The notes under the pieces were generated by a model. It made no database searches. It was not told the origin of the DNA and saw only the letters and a list, made by a program, of their open reading frames with translations. Position numbers and translations under genes: made by a program. Below are positions 25,546 through 41,347 of a stretch of 64,000 nucleotides of DNA, piece after piece. Origin of the DNA: Eledone cirrhosa. Taxonomy: Eukaryota. Where the stretch lies: positions 35,216,001 through 35,280,000 of the forward strand of contig OZ024751.1 in NCBI GenBank assembly GCA_964016885.1, read 5' to 3'. How positions within the stretch are numbered: the first letter of the stretch is position 1; every line of letters starts with the position of its first letter.

Positions 25546-28500
25546 ATATATATATATATATCAGACCTGCCAACCTCTAAAAAACTAAACGGTGAGTACC
25601 ATGAAAAAAAGTGCCCCAAAACGGGGAGAAATGAGGCAAAATAGGGAGATTTTACATAATTGTTTCCACTTTAGGCACAAGGCCAGCAATAACCCAGTAC
25701 ATTACTGGTACTTTATTTTATCGACCCCGTATAATGAAAGCTATACCCATTTTCACAAGAGAAAACATCTCTCACCCACCCCAAAGGATGTAAGATCTTC
25801 CCGTCGGATGGGAAGAGTTGACAGGTCTATATATGTATGTGTATATATACATGCAGGCATAGAGCAGGTCTATATATGTATGTGTATATATACATGCAGG
25901 CATAGAGCAGTGACTGTGAGTGGGATGTGCAATTTATCAATGGATGTGATATATTTACTACGTATATGAACGTGTAATAGTACAGACATACAGTTGAACG
26001 GGAGAAAGGTTTATTAAGATTAGCAGTTCGATAGCATTATATAAACCTAAACTATAAGCAACGAAGATCGATATTACTCAGGTTATCTTGTAAGCATATT
26101 GATTGATAATGAATATTAAAAAGGTTAACTAATTTTTTTTTAAACCATTAAACGTTAATTTCTCTTTACGAACACTCACCCACCCACCCGTATTATTGAT
26201 CGGTTTTATTAGAGTACAGTGTGTGTGTGTGTGTGTGTATGTGTGTATGTACATATGTATACATACACACACATAATCGGGTGTAGACACGAACATATAG
26301 ATATGTCTTCTTTAAAACATTATCACTTCATAAACACACTATATATATATATATATATACAACACATGCCACGCTTTCATACACACCTACACGCATATTT
26401 CTATGTGAACAAGATCACACCCACACATATATATATATACACACACACACTCATCTATATACGCACATACATACATACATATAGCACATGTCAATATCAA
26501 GTTGACAAACGTACACACCCACCCTCATGTACATATACATACATACACTTACATATATACACAGCACATTAATATCAACGTCTTACATATACATACATAC
26601 ACATACATAAGTACATATATATATACATACACACATATATACATACACATACAGCACATGTCAATATAAACGCCTTTCAAATATACGAATATATTTCTTT
26701 CAGGAATTCTCAAACAAAATATTTTAAAATCTTACCAATTAAAAATGAGGATGGGAGAGAGAGATATGAGGCGTAATTAATGTCCGATCTGCATGTTAGT
26801 TTGTAGTTTAAATAATAATCTAGTGGAATGTGAGAGTGTTTCTATGTTAAGTCAATTGACTGCAATGTTAAAGTCTAACGACTGCCATTGATATGTGACA
26901 ACAACCAATCAACATCCGGGCTTTCTGCCACGCTGGGTATATCACAGCCGCTGTTTCGTACACAGTCAAAAAACAGAGTTTCGGCCCTTTATAGTTTTGT
27001 TTATTTATTTCATTTCACTGTCGTATACATTATATAGAGAAAGAAAGAGTGAGATATAGAGAGTGAGAGTCTCCAGGGCTGAGGCCGGATAGACCACTAA
27101 CCATGGGAGTACTCAATACATTGGAAAATGCAGAGAATACATCCTTGAAAGGCTTGCTGAACACACAAGCCGAAACTGCTTGGAGCTGTGATCGGATTCA
27201 TCTCTCTCTCTCTATATATATATATATATAGATATATATATATATATGAAAAGATTCAGAACCCCGACGGCTGAGCTCTGGCCATTTCAACAGCTAGATC
27301 TAACTGTCAAAACCGCTGGATCTCAGCCATCGAGGTCCTGAAAGTTTTCGTATTATCCACTCTACTACCCCAAGTATGGAGCACTCTGGTGGGTTATGGT
27401 CCAACTGGTTTTTTACCACACCCTATCTGATATATATATATATGCCTGTATGTGTACATATATCACCAATTTTACGTCAGCTTTCCATACTGGCATGGGT
27501 TGGACATGTCATTATGGCCTGAGACTTGACTGGTCTGGGAACCACGTCTTGACTCTAACGTTTCATTTTTGCCCTGATTCCTACAGCTAGATGTCTTTTC
27601 TAATAGCAACCAGTTTACAGAGTGTATTGGGTGCACTTTATGGTGGAACCAGCACTCAAGAAGTTGCCATGTACTCAGCAAGACTTAAGAATCTTCTTTA
27701 CACGTTGTCTGTTTGATAACCAGCCACTTCACAGAGTCCACTGGGTGCATTTTATCTAGCATCACCACTAGAGAGGTTTTCAATTCCTTGACAGGACTAG
27801 AGTGTTTCCTCTACATTGTTTAGGTTTGTTTATCCACTATGTTACTGGGTATTGAGTGCTTTCTATCATGATACCAACACTAAACAGCTGTCATGTCCAC
27901 TGCTGTCTAAAAGTCATCTCTCCACTCTATCTAACCTTCAATCTCTCATCACTTTTACTTTCAACTTCACAGTGCTTGTACTGCTAGGCAAATACAGTAA
28001 GTTGTCAATCAACTTAATCCTGTCCTTTGTGAGATTCAGTTTTTTAAGATCATTCATCAAGACTCCTTCCAAAGTCTTCCTTTGTCTCCTTTTTCTAGAG
28101 GTTCCATCTACTGCTTGACCCTTTTTTTAATACAACTTACGCATCATCTCTATAGCAGTGCAATTATCTCCCTGGTACACTACATCCAATTCCTCTTATA
28201 TTCAGTTTTTCCGTTCAGTTGTCACGTACACAAACACCTCTACTGCTAATGTGGTCACCTAGATAATAAAAGCTATATAACTACATCAAGTGAGCCATCT
28301 CAACATTTGATGGAGTTTATTTCTAAATGTTGACTGCTCCAGTGCACCTGTCATATATGAAGTCTACTGTTTCTGTTAGCTCGTGATCCCACTACATCTC
28401 TATACCTACTTAAAACATTCTCACATAAAATTGTGATAGGTTTTTAGATCAATATAAACATTTTCAAACAGGCAGTTCTGTATCGTAGACCCCAGGAAGG

Positions 28501-29280
28501 TTGGTATCAAACAAGTTCAATAAAAACCCTTTAAACTAAGTTAAAAGTGAAATGTAAAAAAGAATTAGACGACAGAGGTAATTCTTCCTCCAAGTTATCT
28601 TTATTTGTCTGTCTTTCATAAGAACAAATGAAATATCAGAGCTGTAATGAGGTGTTCCAATGAAGTTGAAATTCCAGTTAAAATGTTACAAGAACAGAAA
28701 AATAAAATTAAAATAAATTCTCTATTTAACTCTTAACATGCTGTAATGGTATAGCAGAAGTTTTTTATTCAAATGTTTCGAATATCTTTATTAGTGAACA
28801 GATTGTTGAGAAAATCTGCAGTATTTGGTTTCATATATTAATGTGATGCGGTCACAATGCTGTTTTATACTTTTCAAGAATGTCTTTCTCATGCTGTTTC
28901 ATGTGGAACAGAATGTTAAGAGTTAAAAAAAAAAAGATTTAAGTTACCTATCTTAAAAAAAACAAAATTAATTAATTAATTACTATTAGCCTCATTATCA
29001 GTTTTGTTTGAAATCGACATTCAGGATGTAGATTTGTTGTTTTTTACTTAATTAACAGAAAACAAATTAAAATATTGTTATTAATATGTTTAACAAAAAC
29101 AATTAATACTTTAGATGTAAATATATGTTTAGAATTGACAATAAGGAGTAATAGATAAGCAATAGTAACTGTTCTAATGTATGTGTATGTATATATATAT
29201 GTGTGTGAGTGTGTAGATCCCGAGTGAAATCGGGGGTAACCACAGTTTAAAAGGTACTCAATACATTAGTAAAGTGTAAA

Positions 29281-29384
29281 CATCATTATTTAATATAGAA
29301 ATGGCTTTTACAGGACTAGAACTATTTCATACGAATGAAACAGTTCTAGTCCTGTAGAAGCCATTTCTATATTAAATAATGATG
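29281..29384. repeat. ~104-bp hairpin element in the probable COPG 3' UTR
   Basis: catcattatttaatatagaaatggc...gccatttctatattaaataatgatg. Related copy at about 45100-45200, partial at about 25003-25032. Confidence 0.85.
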
Positions 29385-29412
29385 ATATATATATATATAT
29401 ATATATAAGCAT

Positions 29413-29444
<32 letters not shown>

Positions 29445-29557
29445 ATATTATATATATATATATATAATACATGTGTGAGTGTATGTATGCGTGTTTGTGT
29501 GCACACATGTCTGTGTATGTGTATGTAGTGAGTTTATAGTTGATTCTCTATTGTCCT

Positions 29558-32500
29558 TTAACCAACAGCAGAAACAAGGATTTCGGAGACAATTGGGTCT
29601 GAAGAACGGACAGTAAGCTGCATGGTAACGCCACCCTCAGTCAGAGCCAACTTAGCTCGGAGTAAAGCATCATGACCACCACGGAACACACCAGCCAGAT
29701 ACAGAATGTGAGAGTTCTTCCCTGCGGGAACTTTATCGGAGCGTTCACATGGCTGCATCCCAAGATATTGGATAATATTCTTAACCGCTTCTGCAAATAA
29801 TAAGAAAACAAACAATTGTATAAAGCAAATAACATGGAACCAAAGTCTGAAGAGAATTCTTTTGATATTTAAAGGTTCTTTTAATATTTGGAGTCCAAAA
29901 AACAGAAAATAACTGTAATACTCACCAATCACTTTAGATATTTGAGGAAATGGATAAATTACACTTAAAGATGGAAATAGAAATTTTTCTGACTAAGTAT
30001 AATTTACTCAATTTTCTTAACTATTATTTATAGTGATTGACTGTGATGATGGTTATTTTGTGCATTTGGGACTCTCACATTTTCAAATTTCAAACACTCC
30101 CAGCACTTTAATAATTCGTATGGTTTCTTATAATATATTTACCTTCCAGAGTTTTAACTGAAGATAGAGAAAACGTGTCTTCTAGTTCATTAGCAGGACC
30201 AACTTCTTCCCAGGAAGCACCAAAGTTAGGTTTCATCACACGTTGTACATGATCTGCTACGTTGATATCAATGTCTTCAAGCTAAAACAATAAAATATAG
30301 ATATAAATATACATGAAGGATCCATAGAAGTGGTTGATAGCTTCTGTTATCTAGGTGACCTAATGAACAGCGAAGGAGAGTGCTCTGAGAGTACAATAAC
30401 AGTTAAAAGGATAAATTTATGTGTAACATGTGTAAAGAAAAAGAAAATATGGCATAATCTCCTCAGAAGCCAAAATTAAATATATATAATATATATAATA
30501 CAAATTACACTGAAGTGAAGCCTTGTAAGGTAATTTGTAGGGAAGAATTAGATCTCCAAATAATATGTACGTTATAACCAAACACATCTCCAAGGTACCA
30601 CAGAATGCAATCTAAACTAAACAACTGCAAAATAAACTTCTTAACTACACAGCCATGTCTACTACATGTATGTCCATTTTACCAAGACAATGGTTGAAGT
30701 GTAAAATGCTAACTTACCACATATTCATCTGGGTAGCCATCATCATCTGGTTCTCCTGTGTTAGGATCACAGTCTTTGACTGTGAATTTTAAGCTGCAGG
30801 TGAATGTTGTTGTTACTGGAGTAGAAATAAGATCACAGTAAAATAAAATGAATTTATCATTAAATAAAAAAACATTTGAAAAGTTCTTAAAGAAACATTT
30901 TTTTTTTAAATAATAAAAATCGTTTTATGAAATTTTTTTATAACTTCATTGATTCAGATTTACAATTATTATTATTATTTTTTTTTCTTCAGAAAATAAA
31001 ATATTTGGGATTAGACGAGTCATAAAGTCTAATAAACTGAGACGTACCTATAGTCTCGTCCTCTGGCAGACGTACAAGAACATATGTTGTTCCGGGTTGG
31101 TCATAGGGTAAGTTATGACATGGTACAGCTTTTAATACCTCAAACGGATCTGTAGATTCTAAGTGGACTGTCACATTTTCAAGTTTCTGATCATTAAGGG
31201 TGTTAATACAATCAAACTGAAAGAAAGAAGTAACATGGTATATATATACACACACATATATATATACACACACATATATATATATTGATCAGATCAAAAA
31301 CAAAAGTACCCCAGTTACTTATATTACTAAATCTCTCCAAATTCTTGATTAACTTCTAAATTATTTGAAACACAAGGAAGTATTTTACATTAGAAATAAT
31401 GTAAGGAAAGGTTTAAATCTTATCAGAAACTTACCTGGAACACAATGTAATGAGCAAAGGTATGCTTGATACACCGTACAACATATTCTGTTTCTTCTTC
31501 AGTTAATTCTATTGGTTTAGTTGATGACTTGAATAATGGTCCAAGGTTACTAAATTCTGGAATGATACTCAATTGCTCTGTAATTAAACAAAAAAATATA
31601 TAAATGGATGTCTACATAGAAACAGTAAATGTCTACATAGAAATGGATGTCTACAAATAAATGGATGTCTACAAATAAGTGGATGTCTACAAAACTGGAT
31701 GTCTACTTATCCTGGTTTTATGTGGTGTTAGGTGACTAACAGGGCAAGATTTCACCCCTCAGATGAGGAGATACTTTTTCTCATGAATAAAACACCAATG
31801 ATAGAACTGAAAGACTGAGTGGCAGCTGAAAGTAGGTGTGTAAAACTGTCCTAACTAAATAGTCAATGAAATATATGCAGTAGATTTGAACCAAAGACCT
31901 CACAGCTGCTGGAAATGTGATAATAGAATATTACACAGAAAGAAACATAGAAATAGTCTTGGACTCACCAGCATAAACATCTTGTCGGGTTGAAGCAACT
32001 TTTTCTGGTTTATCTCTGATGGTTTCTCCTGGCTCCATAACTAAAAAGAAACATTAGGGCTTGGATGAGGTATATGGGTGACAAGGGTTTTGGTTTTGTC
32101 AGTTTGGGTACTGATAGTTGATCATGCAGTTAACTTTGGTATTTCAGGTCAAGACACTAGGGTATAAGTTGGAGATTATTTCTGGTAGTTTTGAAGATTG
32201 TATGAGTGCAATGCCAATCACATAATGGAGTTGTAGTCACTGCAGAGTAATATAGAAACTACATAATATGACAGCTGCAGCATGATGACATCTGTTATCT
32301 CCATACCAGTAATTAGAGTTGGTTACTGGTTTACTGGGAGGACTGGGGCTTGGTTCTTGAAGTCTGAATTTAATTCATGTCTTATGCAATATGTGTAAAG
32401 TGGGTGAGGTTGATAGGGTTATGGCCTGCATTTGCTTGAGTTTGTAGATAGGATGGGCTTGGTGTAAATTTGTTTACATTCTAGTTAAGGCAATTAGTTA

Positions 32501-35500
32501 TATATATATGTGTGTGTGTGTATTCTTACCAGTTCTTTGCTCCACAATCGGTTGGGTTTCCAGAGGCACAGTCTTCATGTCAAATGGTACATCTGATGGA
32601 TCAGTCTGACCGTATTGGACCAAAGCACGTTCCAGACCAACCACTGACACTTGTAAACCTTTCAGAAGAACATTGAAAGAAACAGTTATTTATTGATAAA
32701 CAACAGGTATTAAATGAGGTACTACAGAAAATATCTAGGGCTGTGTCTCTTTCATATAGACCGTAAAACCAGATTACTAACTCACCATTGAGAATGTAGG
32801 CAGAATTTAAGGCTTTCTGGTATTGTTTGAGGACATTGACATAGAAGGTTGCTCTATCTCTCACTTCATCATCACTGTCAAGTTGGCATCTGAAAGAAAC
32901 ACGTCAGAAACAGTTTACCAGAATAATAAAGGTTTCAAATTTAGGCACAAGGCCAGCAATTTTGTGGAGGAGGGGAAGTTGATTATATCGACCCCAGCAC
33001 GTGGCTGGTACTTTATATCAACCCCAGTACGTTCGTTAATTTTTTTATAGCAAACATATTGGTAACAATCTGCAGGAATGATATTGCTTACCTTTCTAAA
33101 AGCACAACACAGCTTGGTAGAAGGTCTTCACATTGGGCTCCAAACTTAGCAAGGGCTGTAACAGCAGCTGCAGGAAAGACAAGGAACATTTGTGAATATA
33201 GTTATTTGGTCATTTGGCAACTTAAGGAAAGAAGTTAACATCTGTTAACTTCTGTTCATAGAATTTGTAGTTTAACCCTTGTGTTGCCATATTTCTAACA
33301 GAAGACACTGCATGTGGTTTCCAATTGATTAAGAATTTGCAGAGATTTAGTAATATAACTAACTTTCTTCTTGTTAAGCTGGTCTTTGAAACATTTTACA
33401 GAGCGTCTTTTACTGTGGTAACAGCACTACCACTTTACAGATTGGACTGGGTAGATTCTATTGTGGCGCCAATACTACCACTTTACAGAGTATACCAGGT
33501 GCATTTTATCCTCCAATCATAAATATGGTAATGAAAGAGTTAAAATTGAAACAAATAACAAGACAGGAATAATTTCTGTTGAGACAGATTCTTTAACGCT
33601 TTAGCATTTAAACCGGCCATACCCGGCCAGAATTCTCTCACCTCTTTCTGTTCAAACTGGCTGTAACCAGCTGCTCATACTGATGTTAAGGTATTGTTCT
33701 CAAAATAAATAATGTAAAAATCTCATAGATTTGATATTATGTGAGGTAACGCCTTTATCACAAAAATACAGTAGTATATATATAGTAATGTAAATGCTAA
33801 TGCGTTAAGAGGAATATAATGATATTACCAGCTCTAACAGCAGCATTTTCTAGAATAACTCTATTGTAGATAAATCTGATGTATTTAGAAGGTGTTGGTG
33901 TACGAGGGCCTTCACGACCAAGGAGGTGAAGAATTCGGGTTGCCAAAACAGTATGTTCACAATCTTCAATGAATTCACACAAATGAGCCAAACCTGAGAA
34001 GATAAATGACAGATTGAATTATTGAGCATTAACATGTATGTGGAGTGTGTGTGTGTGTATGTTGAGTGTGTGGTGTGTGTGTGTGGAGTGTGTATATGTG
34101 TGTTGAGTGTGTGGCATATGTGTGGTGTGTGTGTGTGTTGAGTGTGTGCTATGTGTGTGGTATATGTGTATGTGTGGTGTGTGTGTGTGTGTGTGTGTGT
34201 TGAGTGTGTACCATGTGTGCGGTATATGTGTATGTGTGGTGTGTAAGTGTTGAGTGTGTGCCATGTGTGTGGTATATGTGTATGTGTTGTGTATGGTGTG
34301 TGTTGAGTGTGTGGATGTGATATTATAAAGGTGAGATCTACAAACATATAGAGTAGATAATACAGTAGACATACCAGCTTCTTTAGCATCTGGGTTCTCA
34401 TCAATAATAACAATAATATTGTTCACTATGGCTCGCTTGTAATCAAAGCCACCCTGAAATAGAGAAATATAATATTAGGGATATCATAGAATACTCAATG
34501 TAAATGTTGTAACAATTTGAAATATATTGTAAAATAGTTGGCATTAAGGACATCCAGCTGTAGAAACATGATGTCTAGGACAAGACAATCTCCCTAGTAC
34601 TGGAATCACAATAGAGCACCGAGTACACTCTGTAATATAGTTGGCATTAAGAAGGACATCCAGCTGTAGAAACATGATGTCAAAAGCTTAGCGATGACTT
34701 TTCAGTTATATGATCTCAAGGACGAGACAATCTCCCTAATGATGGAATCACAATAGAGAACCCAGTATAAAGACACATTGCCAAGATTAATATTATTATT
34801 ATTATTATTTACCTCATCTCTCAACATGGAAGAGAGAAAGTTCATCACAACATTGTGTTTGCGGGGGAATTTCAGACAAAGAGATCTAGAGGAAAGAAAA
34901 GGAAAAGAAACAAAGAATAGAAATTTACATTAATAAAGCAGAAGGATGATGATGGTGATGATGATGATTGTAGTGGAGATGATTAAGATGATGGTAATAT
35001 GTATAAAGAGATGATAAAAATGACACAATGTCTGTGACTCAATGAAGTTTGTAGAACAAACCTTATTGCTTGGACAACAACAATCTTGAACTCATCTGAA
35101 ATTTCATTCATGAAGTTTGAAATCTGTTTCATCAGACGATCAACACTGCTTTCACTTCCAGTCTAGAAGAAAACAGAACAGAAGATGTCTCGCTGTTTTA
35201 ACTGACACACTACAGACACAACACAACACACTACAGACATAACACACTACAGACACAACACATTACAGGTAGAACACAACACAACACATTACAGACATAA
35301 CACACTACAGACACAACACAACACATTACAGGTAGAACACAACACAACACATTACAGACATAACACACTACAGACACAACACAACACATTACAGGTAGAA
35401 CACAACACAACACATTACAGGTAGAACACAACCCAACAGACTACAGGTAGAACAGGTAAGAAAATAAATGAGGTTTACCTTAAGTAATGTTGTGATAGCC

Positions 35501-36990
35501 AGTGTTGCTATACTACGGTTGAGGTCTGTGATTAGATTCTCCAGATCCAGATTACAGGCAGTCACGGCTGCAGGATGTTTCATGGCTACCTAATAACAAG
35601 AAATACACAAATATACATTTACATTTCAACAGGTTTTTACAGTTATTCCTGTCAAAACATTTAGAAATATGTTTGTTGTGTCTGTTGTTTTGTCGAAACA
35701 AACAGAAAATACTTTTATTAACGTCCCTATATTCTCTGTCTCTTCCATTTCTTCTTCTTGGTTAATCAATATGTTGGTTCTCATCGATATCTCTTATTTT
35801 CAGTTACAGCTCATGGGTTAGTGGCAATGTTTCTCTTATTTGTAAATAGTTGTTAAGACTATCACCTCGTCCTTTGTCCATTTGTTACTGTACCTTGTGC
35901 ATTAGAGCTACTGTACCTTGTGCATTAGAGCTAGTTGTATTGACCTTAAAGCACTGAAACAACGTATCTCTTGCGGTCAACTGATGAGATGAGACTGCCT
36001 GTATTTGTTCATTTTCTTGTCTTCACCCCTATTCTTCATCCATTTATATGTATGTGTGTATATATATATATATAGATAGAGATAGATAGATGTATGCAAA
36101 CATGGAAAAGCAGCTGCAAAATGATGATGATATATATGTTGTAATAATAAAGTTACCAGTCCACACTGTAAAGTGGTAGTGCTGGTGCCACAAGAAAATG
36201 CTCCCAGTAAACACAGAGAAGTGGATGGGTCAAACTGAGATCTATGGTTAAGACGCTTGCCCAAGATTCCACATTGTGGGGTTGAGCCTTGGAACGCTTT
36301 ATAGCAAAGGGAACATTTTCAACTACTCAGCCATGTGTACTTTAACCCTTTAGCATTTACATTACTCTATATATACTATTGTATTTTTATGGTAAAGGCT
36401 TTATCTTATATATTTATCTTACATTAGCATTTACATTACTATATATATACTACTGTATTTTTGTGATAAAGGCGTTACCTCACATAATATCAAATCTATG
36501 AGATTTTGATATTATTTATTTTGAGAACAATACCTTAACATCAGTATGAATGGCCAGTTACAGCTGGTTTGAACAGAAAAGGTGAGAGAATTCTGGCCGG
36601 ATATGGCCAGTTTAAATGCTAAAGGGTTAAATCTTAAAAAAGACCAGAGCTACAACTAATTTAGAAATGAACCTTTCTAAAAGGTAATACATGTGTCTAA
36701 AAGGTAATACAGGTGTCTAAAAGGTAACCTACTTTATTGAGGGTTCTGACAGCAGCAAACCGAAGGGTAGGTTTGGGAGAACTACAGAACAACTGCAATA
36801 CTGAGACAGCAGGGGCCAGTTCTTTAGCTGGGGTTGTCTTCATATTAACAATAGCATGAGCAGCTTCATATATAACCATTTCACTTTTGTGTCGAAGACA
36901 ACTTTCAATGAATTCAAACAGCTGACTTTCAGCACTGAAATAAAAAGTTGAACAATAAATAAGTCTTCTAAATTATAATTTTTTCTGGAG

Positions 36991-37046
<56 letters not shown>

Positions 37047-37055
37047 TGTGTGTGT

Positions 37056-37148
<93 letters not shown>

Positions 37149-38622
37149 TGTGAGTGTGTGTGAGTGTGTGTATGTAGGTGTGTATATAATATGTGTGTGT
37201 GTATATGTATAACATCAAATTACAAATGACTTTATGAAAGAAATATTCTCAAATCAAGTAAGAATTACGTTCAATTAACCTTGTTATATTTTACTAATAT
37301 AAAACAGCGGCTTAATATATCTTAATTAATATTCTAATTAAAATTAACATTTACTAACCCACATTCTTCTTCCTCAATTAATTTGCTGGCAATACGAATC
37401 TGGAAACAAAAAAATAGATGATGTAACAAAATATTCTAAGGTTTTGGGAGTATTTTTTTATTTTTAAGACACAAAGTGTTATGTATATCTGGTTTAAGAT
37501 AGGTACATCATGTCCCTTGGTGTCATAAAAGGTGACTAAGATGGCTGGCACCAGGAAGAGCAACTGGCTCCACCAGTTTCTGTTTGGTTTTAGTCATGTC
37601 AGGAGTATAGCTGTACTCACCAAGCTTGACCAATTGCAGGTTGGTGAGGCTATTTAACCCACAGTTGGGGTGGATGACCATTAACTCTGTAGAGTTCATC
37701 CCCAACAACATACAATATATTTATTGCAATGTGAATAAAATAAAATAAAATACATTAGGAGGGAGAAAAGAAAGCAATCATCCTTACCAACAAACAATGT
37801 GCATATGGTGACCGCAGAGAATGTTTACTGAATTTGCTGACCAGTTTTGTCACAGCCAATTTATCACTTTTCCGAATGTGATACAACAGTCCCAGTGCAT
37901 GATACTGAAACACAAAACAATAGATATCGATATAGCAATATCATGTGAGAACTACCTATAAATATAGATTGATATTAATATAGCAACATCGTGTGATAAC
38001 TACCTATAAATATAGATTGATTTTAATATAGCAACAATTATGTGATAACTAGATATAAATATAGATTGATATCACTATAGCAACATCGTGTGATCATCAT
38101 CATCATCATTTTACCTCCGCTTTTCCCTGCTTGCAAGGGTGGGACGGGTCCTATTCAGCACAGCATCTCTCCACTTGTCACGGTCCTTCGTCATCTCCTC
38201 CGTTTGATTGATATCATTATAACAACATCGTGTGATAACTACATAGAATTTGAAGTTGGTGAAAATCCTTAAAATATTGACCCTGAATATAAGCACACAT
38301 CCCCATTTTACCATTTGTTTAGGTCGCATATTCCTCAGCTTATATTCGGGTAAACACAGTATTTACAATAAAGTGAAACAATATATAAAAGTGAGATACT
38401 AACCTGCACCATGACATTGTCACTGTTTACAGCCTCCTGGGCCTCATTTATCCATCTTTTGACAATTTCTTGGTTGCCTTTACATAAATGCTGCAAAAAA
38501 ATACCAATATATATATATATCTATCAATATACATATATATATATATATATCAATATACATACACATATCTATACATATACACATACATATATGTAAACAT
38601 ATCTTTATATATGTTTACATAT

Positions 38623-38669
<47 letters not shown>

Positions 38670-41315
38670 TACAAAGAATAGAAGAATAAAAGACTAGAAG
38701 CTCAACTCACCAAAGATGAAGTGAGAGCAGCACTGGAAACTGAGTGAACCTTGTCTACAATAGCCTGCTTCATGTAACGTTCAATAGCTTGTAACATACT
38801 GCCCTGCAAATAGTAAAAGGAAACAGATTGTAGAGAAATATATATATATGTGTGTATATATATAAATATATATTCATTTCATTTTCATTTCATTTCATTT
38901 TACGTCCACTTTTCCCTGCTTGCAAGGGTGGGACGGGAACTGATTCTGGCTTGATTTCTACAGCTGGATGCCCTTCCTAACACCAACCTCATTTACAGTG
39001 AGTGCTGGGTGCTTTTTTGCCGTGGCACCTCCACGACCACTTTGCAGTGGAATGATATGGACCCAAGTCCCTATCATCTCATTTCTACAGCTGAGTAAAC
39101 TGGAGCAATGTGAAATAAAGTGTCTTGCTCAAGGAAACAACACATCACCCGGTCCGAGAATTGAACTCACAACCTTTCGATTGCAAGGCCAATGCTCTGA
39201 CAACTAAGCCATGTGCCTCCACTAAGCCATGTGCCTCATACATATATATATATATATATGTATGTATGTAAAAGATAAACAGAAATAACAACACAATCGG
39301 TACAGTATATGGAAGGGATATATTAGGTTAATGCTTGATATAGCAGGAAGGGGTTTCAGACGCTAGTCTTTCATCAGAAGAAAGATTGAGAAATAAGATA
39401 GATTGAGGGGACAGGCGGCATGGAATTGGAAAAAAATGTCTTTAGATAAAAGTAACAGGTCCATTCATGTTGACATCTCTTGCAAAAAGGAAAGAAGCTA
39501 ATGAAGCTAATCTTAGATCAGATAATGGAAAAAATGTTTCTATTGATGATACTGTCTGTTGCAACTTTGCAACTCCTGAAATGTAGGGTTCTGCATTAAT
39601 TAATGCTAAGGTTTTGGTAAATTTTCAGCTAAAACCTTTGTCTGTCCCTCGTTATGAATGCAAGAGCAAGAAAAAACAATAAATGAATAAATCAAAGTTT
39701 ATTGAACTTACATCAGTGATAGAACAGAGAGCTCTGATAGCCGGGCCTCGGAACTGGTCTTCTCGCCCTGTCATATCTTTCATTAAACTGTACAAATGAT
39801 AAACAGTTTATTTATTATGACATAACACAGATCATCACCACCATCATAACCACCAACATCATCTACACCACCATTACCATCATTACCACCACAACAACCA
39901 TCATCTCCACCACCACTAGCATCATCTCCACCACCACTACCATTATCTCCACCACAACACCCATCATCTCCACCACCACTAGCATCATCTCCACCACCAC
40001 TACCATCATTACCACCACAACAACCATCATCTCCACCACCACTAGCATCATCTCCACCACCACTACCATTATCTCCACCACAACAACCATCATCTCCACC
40101 ATCACTAGCATCATCTCCACCACCACTACCATTATCTCCACCACAACAACCATCATCTCCACCACAACAACCATCATCTCCACCACTATCATCACCCTTG
40201 TTACCACTACCACTATCATATTTACACACACACACACACACACACATATACACTGTATACAATATATATTCACACACACACACATATATACACTGTATAC
40301 AATATATATTCACACACACACAGTCATAAAGATAGACAAACCTCAATAAAGGAAGTGAGACCCAGTAAGGGTTCAATGCTAAGAGTAGTGACACAGAAGT
40401 TCTGTTGTTTGTACCTAGCTGCTGGTAACTATGATAACATCATATTGTACCTACCTGCTGGTAACTATGATAACATCATCAGCAATATTGGACATTTCTT
40501 TAATGCCAAGGTAAACCAATCTACGCACTGTCATCTGAAGAACACAAAAATATCATTGAATAATAATAATAATAATAATTGTTTCTGATTTAGGTACAAA
40601 GCCAACAATTTTGAAGGAGGGGAAAGTCAATTAAATCGTCCTCAGTGTGTTACTGGTACTTTATTTTATCAGTAATAATAAAGATGGTCTTTTTTCCCTA
40701 CAGAGAGAAATGTTGACAAGATTAATCAAAAAAACGTATAGCTTTAGAACGTTCTAAGCTGAAGAACTTATATGAATTTAAAGACCTTTTCCAATAAATA
40801 TATAAAAAAGGGACAGAGATGTAATCATTTATAGCATATACAGTCTGTTCACTTTTTATGCAAAGATGGTCCGTGAACGCGTAAAGCAAAGTTGCGTGAT
40901 TCAAGTCTATATTTCAGATAAATAAAAAAATTAAAAACCACACAGGTTATTCATGCAAAGTAAATATTTAATATTTTTACATAAGGTGTTAAAGCGAATT
41001 CACATAAAAAGCAAAGAGTGTATTTACCTTTTCCTTGTTATTGATAGAAATATTTCTGAATTAAGCAACAATAAAAGAAAAGGTTAAAATAAAAAGCTAA
41101 AACTTACATCTTTTGACTGGAATAGTTTCGTCATGGCAAAAAAAGTTTCCGTTGCCTCTGTTCGACCAAAGTTTTCCCCCTGTAAAAATTAGTTAAATAT
41201 AACTGAATATTGTATATTAAGATAAAATGTTATGATAAAATAAACTACAATACAAGTTGAGAATCCTTTATCTAAAATATTTGGGAGGGAAGTGTTTCGG
41301 ATTTTGGATTATTTG

Positions 41316-41347
<32 letters not shown>

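Noticed and set aside
39345-39385. Hammerhead-like CTGATGA-AGAC-tagc-GTCT-GAAA on the COPG sense strand
   Set aside because: No stem III, cleavage triplet or stem I partner; at most a decayed remnant.
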